DNA from: Vicugna vicugna | Lineage: Eukaryota | DNA: 64,000 nt | Assembly: GCA_013265495.1 (NCBI GenBank) | Contig: MU058000.1 | Location: forward strand, 744,001 to 808,000 | Reading direction: 5' to 3' | In this document: one piece after another, positions 62,901 through 64,000 of the stretch | How positions within the stretch are numbered: the stretch's first letter is position 1 | Layout: every line of letters begins with the position of its first letter | Program-made: the position numbers and the translations under genes | The notes under the pieces: model-generated | What the model saw: the letters and a program-made list of their open reading frames with translations, nothing else | What the model was told of the DNA's origin: nothing | Database searches by the model: none

Positions 62901-63583
62901 ATAAATCCTAAGAACTACAAAATCTCACCTTAAATTTGTTTTCTACACAGAGAAGAACATTCTATCATTCCCAAGTTGTACTTTAAAAATAGAGTAACTA
63001 CTATAGCAAGTGTCTTTTGATGGCTTCCTCTGCAAGACACTGTGTTGAGGGCCTTCTATGTATTATCTCATCAATCTTCAGTTCCACAGACGAAGTGCTA
63101 TTGTTAGTGTCTATTTTCCAGATAAAGAAACTAAGGCTTCAGTCCTTCTTAAGGCCACACAAGTAATAAGTAGAACTTACTTTAAACACAGAATATATCA
63201 CAGATTCTCATAAGGATCAATTTTCATCGCTTTATAATATTCCACTGCATCACCAACATTTAAAGATACATGCTTGACTTATTTCTTTTTTTTAATTAGA
63301 AAGATTTTTAAAAATAGGAAATCATGGAACAGATGGCCAGTCTGCACAGGAACCAGATCACAGTTTCTAAGTGACAGATCTTTTTCTACTAATGAACCCA
63401 CCTGCCCAGTTCCCTACATGAGGATGCCCAATGCAGCACAGGCAAGGAAGGACAGGGGAGGCATGACTGAAGGTGTAGACTCCTGCCAGATACACACACT
63501 AGAGACTGCCTGGCCTGTGCTGTTCCTCTCTCTTCCACCTTCACTGGTCTCTGTTTCTCTAGAGAAATGCTAGTAGGTTTGAA

Positions 63584-64000
63584 TGTATCTTAGGCTGAAT
63601 TGCTGAGAAAACAGAACCTAAGACCAAGCTTCTATGCCAGGGCTTTAGAGCAACCCCAGGGAAGCCAGAGTGAGGGAAGAAGAGAAATGAGGCAGCAAAA
63701 GCAAATATAAGATGAAGTGGGACTGGCTGGGGCTTCACAAGAATCATAGCTTCTTGCCTGGTCCTACGGGACATCCCCAGAGAGGCTGTTAGGAACTGCA
63801 GCAGCTTCAAAAGCTTCCAGCAGAGGAAGTGGTGCTAGGAGACGGAATGAATCTGCCAGCTCTTGCTGATTTCTTGTTCCCCTTGGTCAAAGTTCACTCT
63901 GTGGTGACCCAACTTCTCCACATGTTTGGGACGTATTGTCTGGCCCCTCCAGCAGCAGGCGGGGAAGCCAGATCCCATACCCTACAGGGTGGTGCTTCAT
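63584..64000 (-). mobile_element. Old ERVL-type LTR (LTR16/LTR33-like), probably running past the window end
   Basis: TGTATCTTAGGCTGAATTGCTGAGAAAACAGAACCTAAGAC..., GGAAGCCAGAGTGAGGGAAG, CCCCTTGGTCAAAGTTCACTC; family assignment is tentative. Confidence 0.4.

Noticed and set aside
1..64000. CRISPR array, operon or other prokaryote-style novel system
   Set aside because: Sequence is mammalian intronic/intergenic DNA; there are no regularly spaced repeat-spacer arrays or dense coding regions.

Overview
Mammalian genomic DNA, most likely a camelid (alpaca/llama/camel), inferred from tRNA-derived SINEs resembling Vic-1 and L1 3' ends resembling the Vicugna L1 families. The window holds the 5' part of STON2 (stonin 2, synaptic-vesicle endocytic adaptor) on the minus strand. 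Three coding exons are supported by translation and GT-AG boundaries: 47693-47606 (start codon), 45851-45576 and 22930-22733. Together they encode about 187 N-terminal residues, including two WVxF AP-2-binding motifs. The rest of the gene lies beyond position 1. Everything else is intron or upstream sequence rich in L1, L2, MIR, MaLR/ERV LTRs, Tigger/Charlie DNA transposons and SINEs, with a deeply nested repeat pile at about 24-35 kb. Most ORFs in the supplied track are chance or repeat-derived. I found no convincing new multi-gene system. The most notable observations are: a uORF whose stop overlaps the STON2 ATG; a diverged ~165-bp direct duplication bracketing the start-codon exon, with one copy interrupting a MIR; a paired inverted TGACGTGG (UPRE-type) element; a sense-oriented solo LTR inside the gene; and several non-B-DNA motifs. 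Repeat family names come from remembered consensus sequences, not a database search, and their boundaries are approximate unless target-site duplications (TSDs) are quoted.
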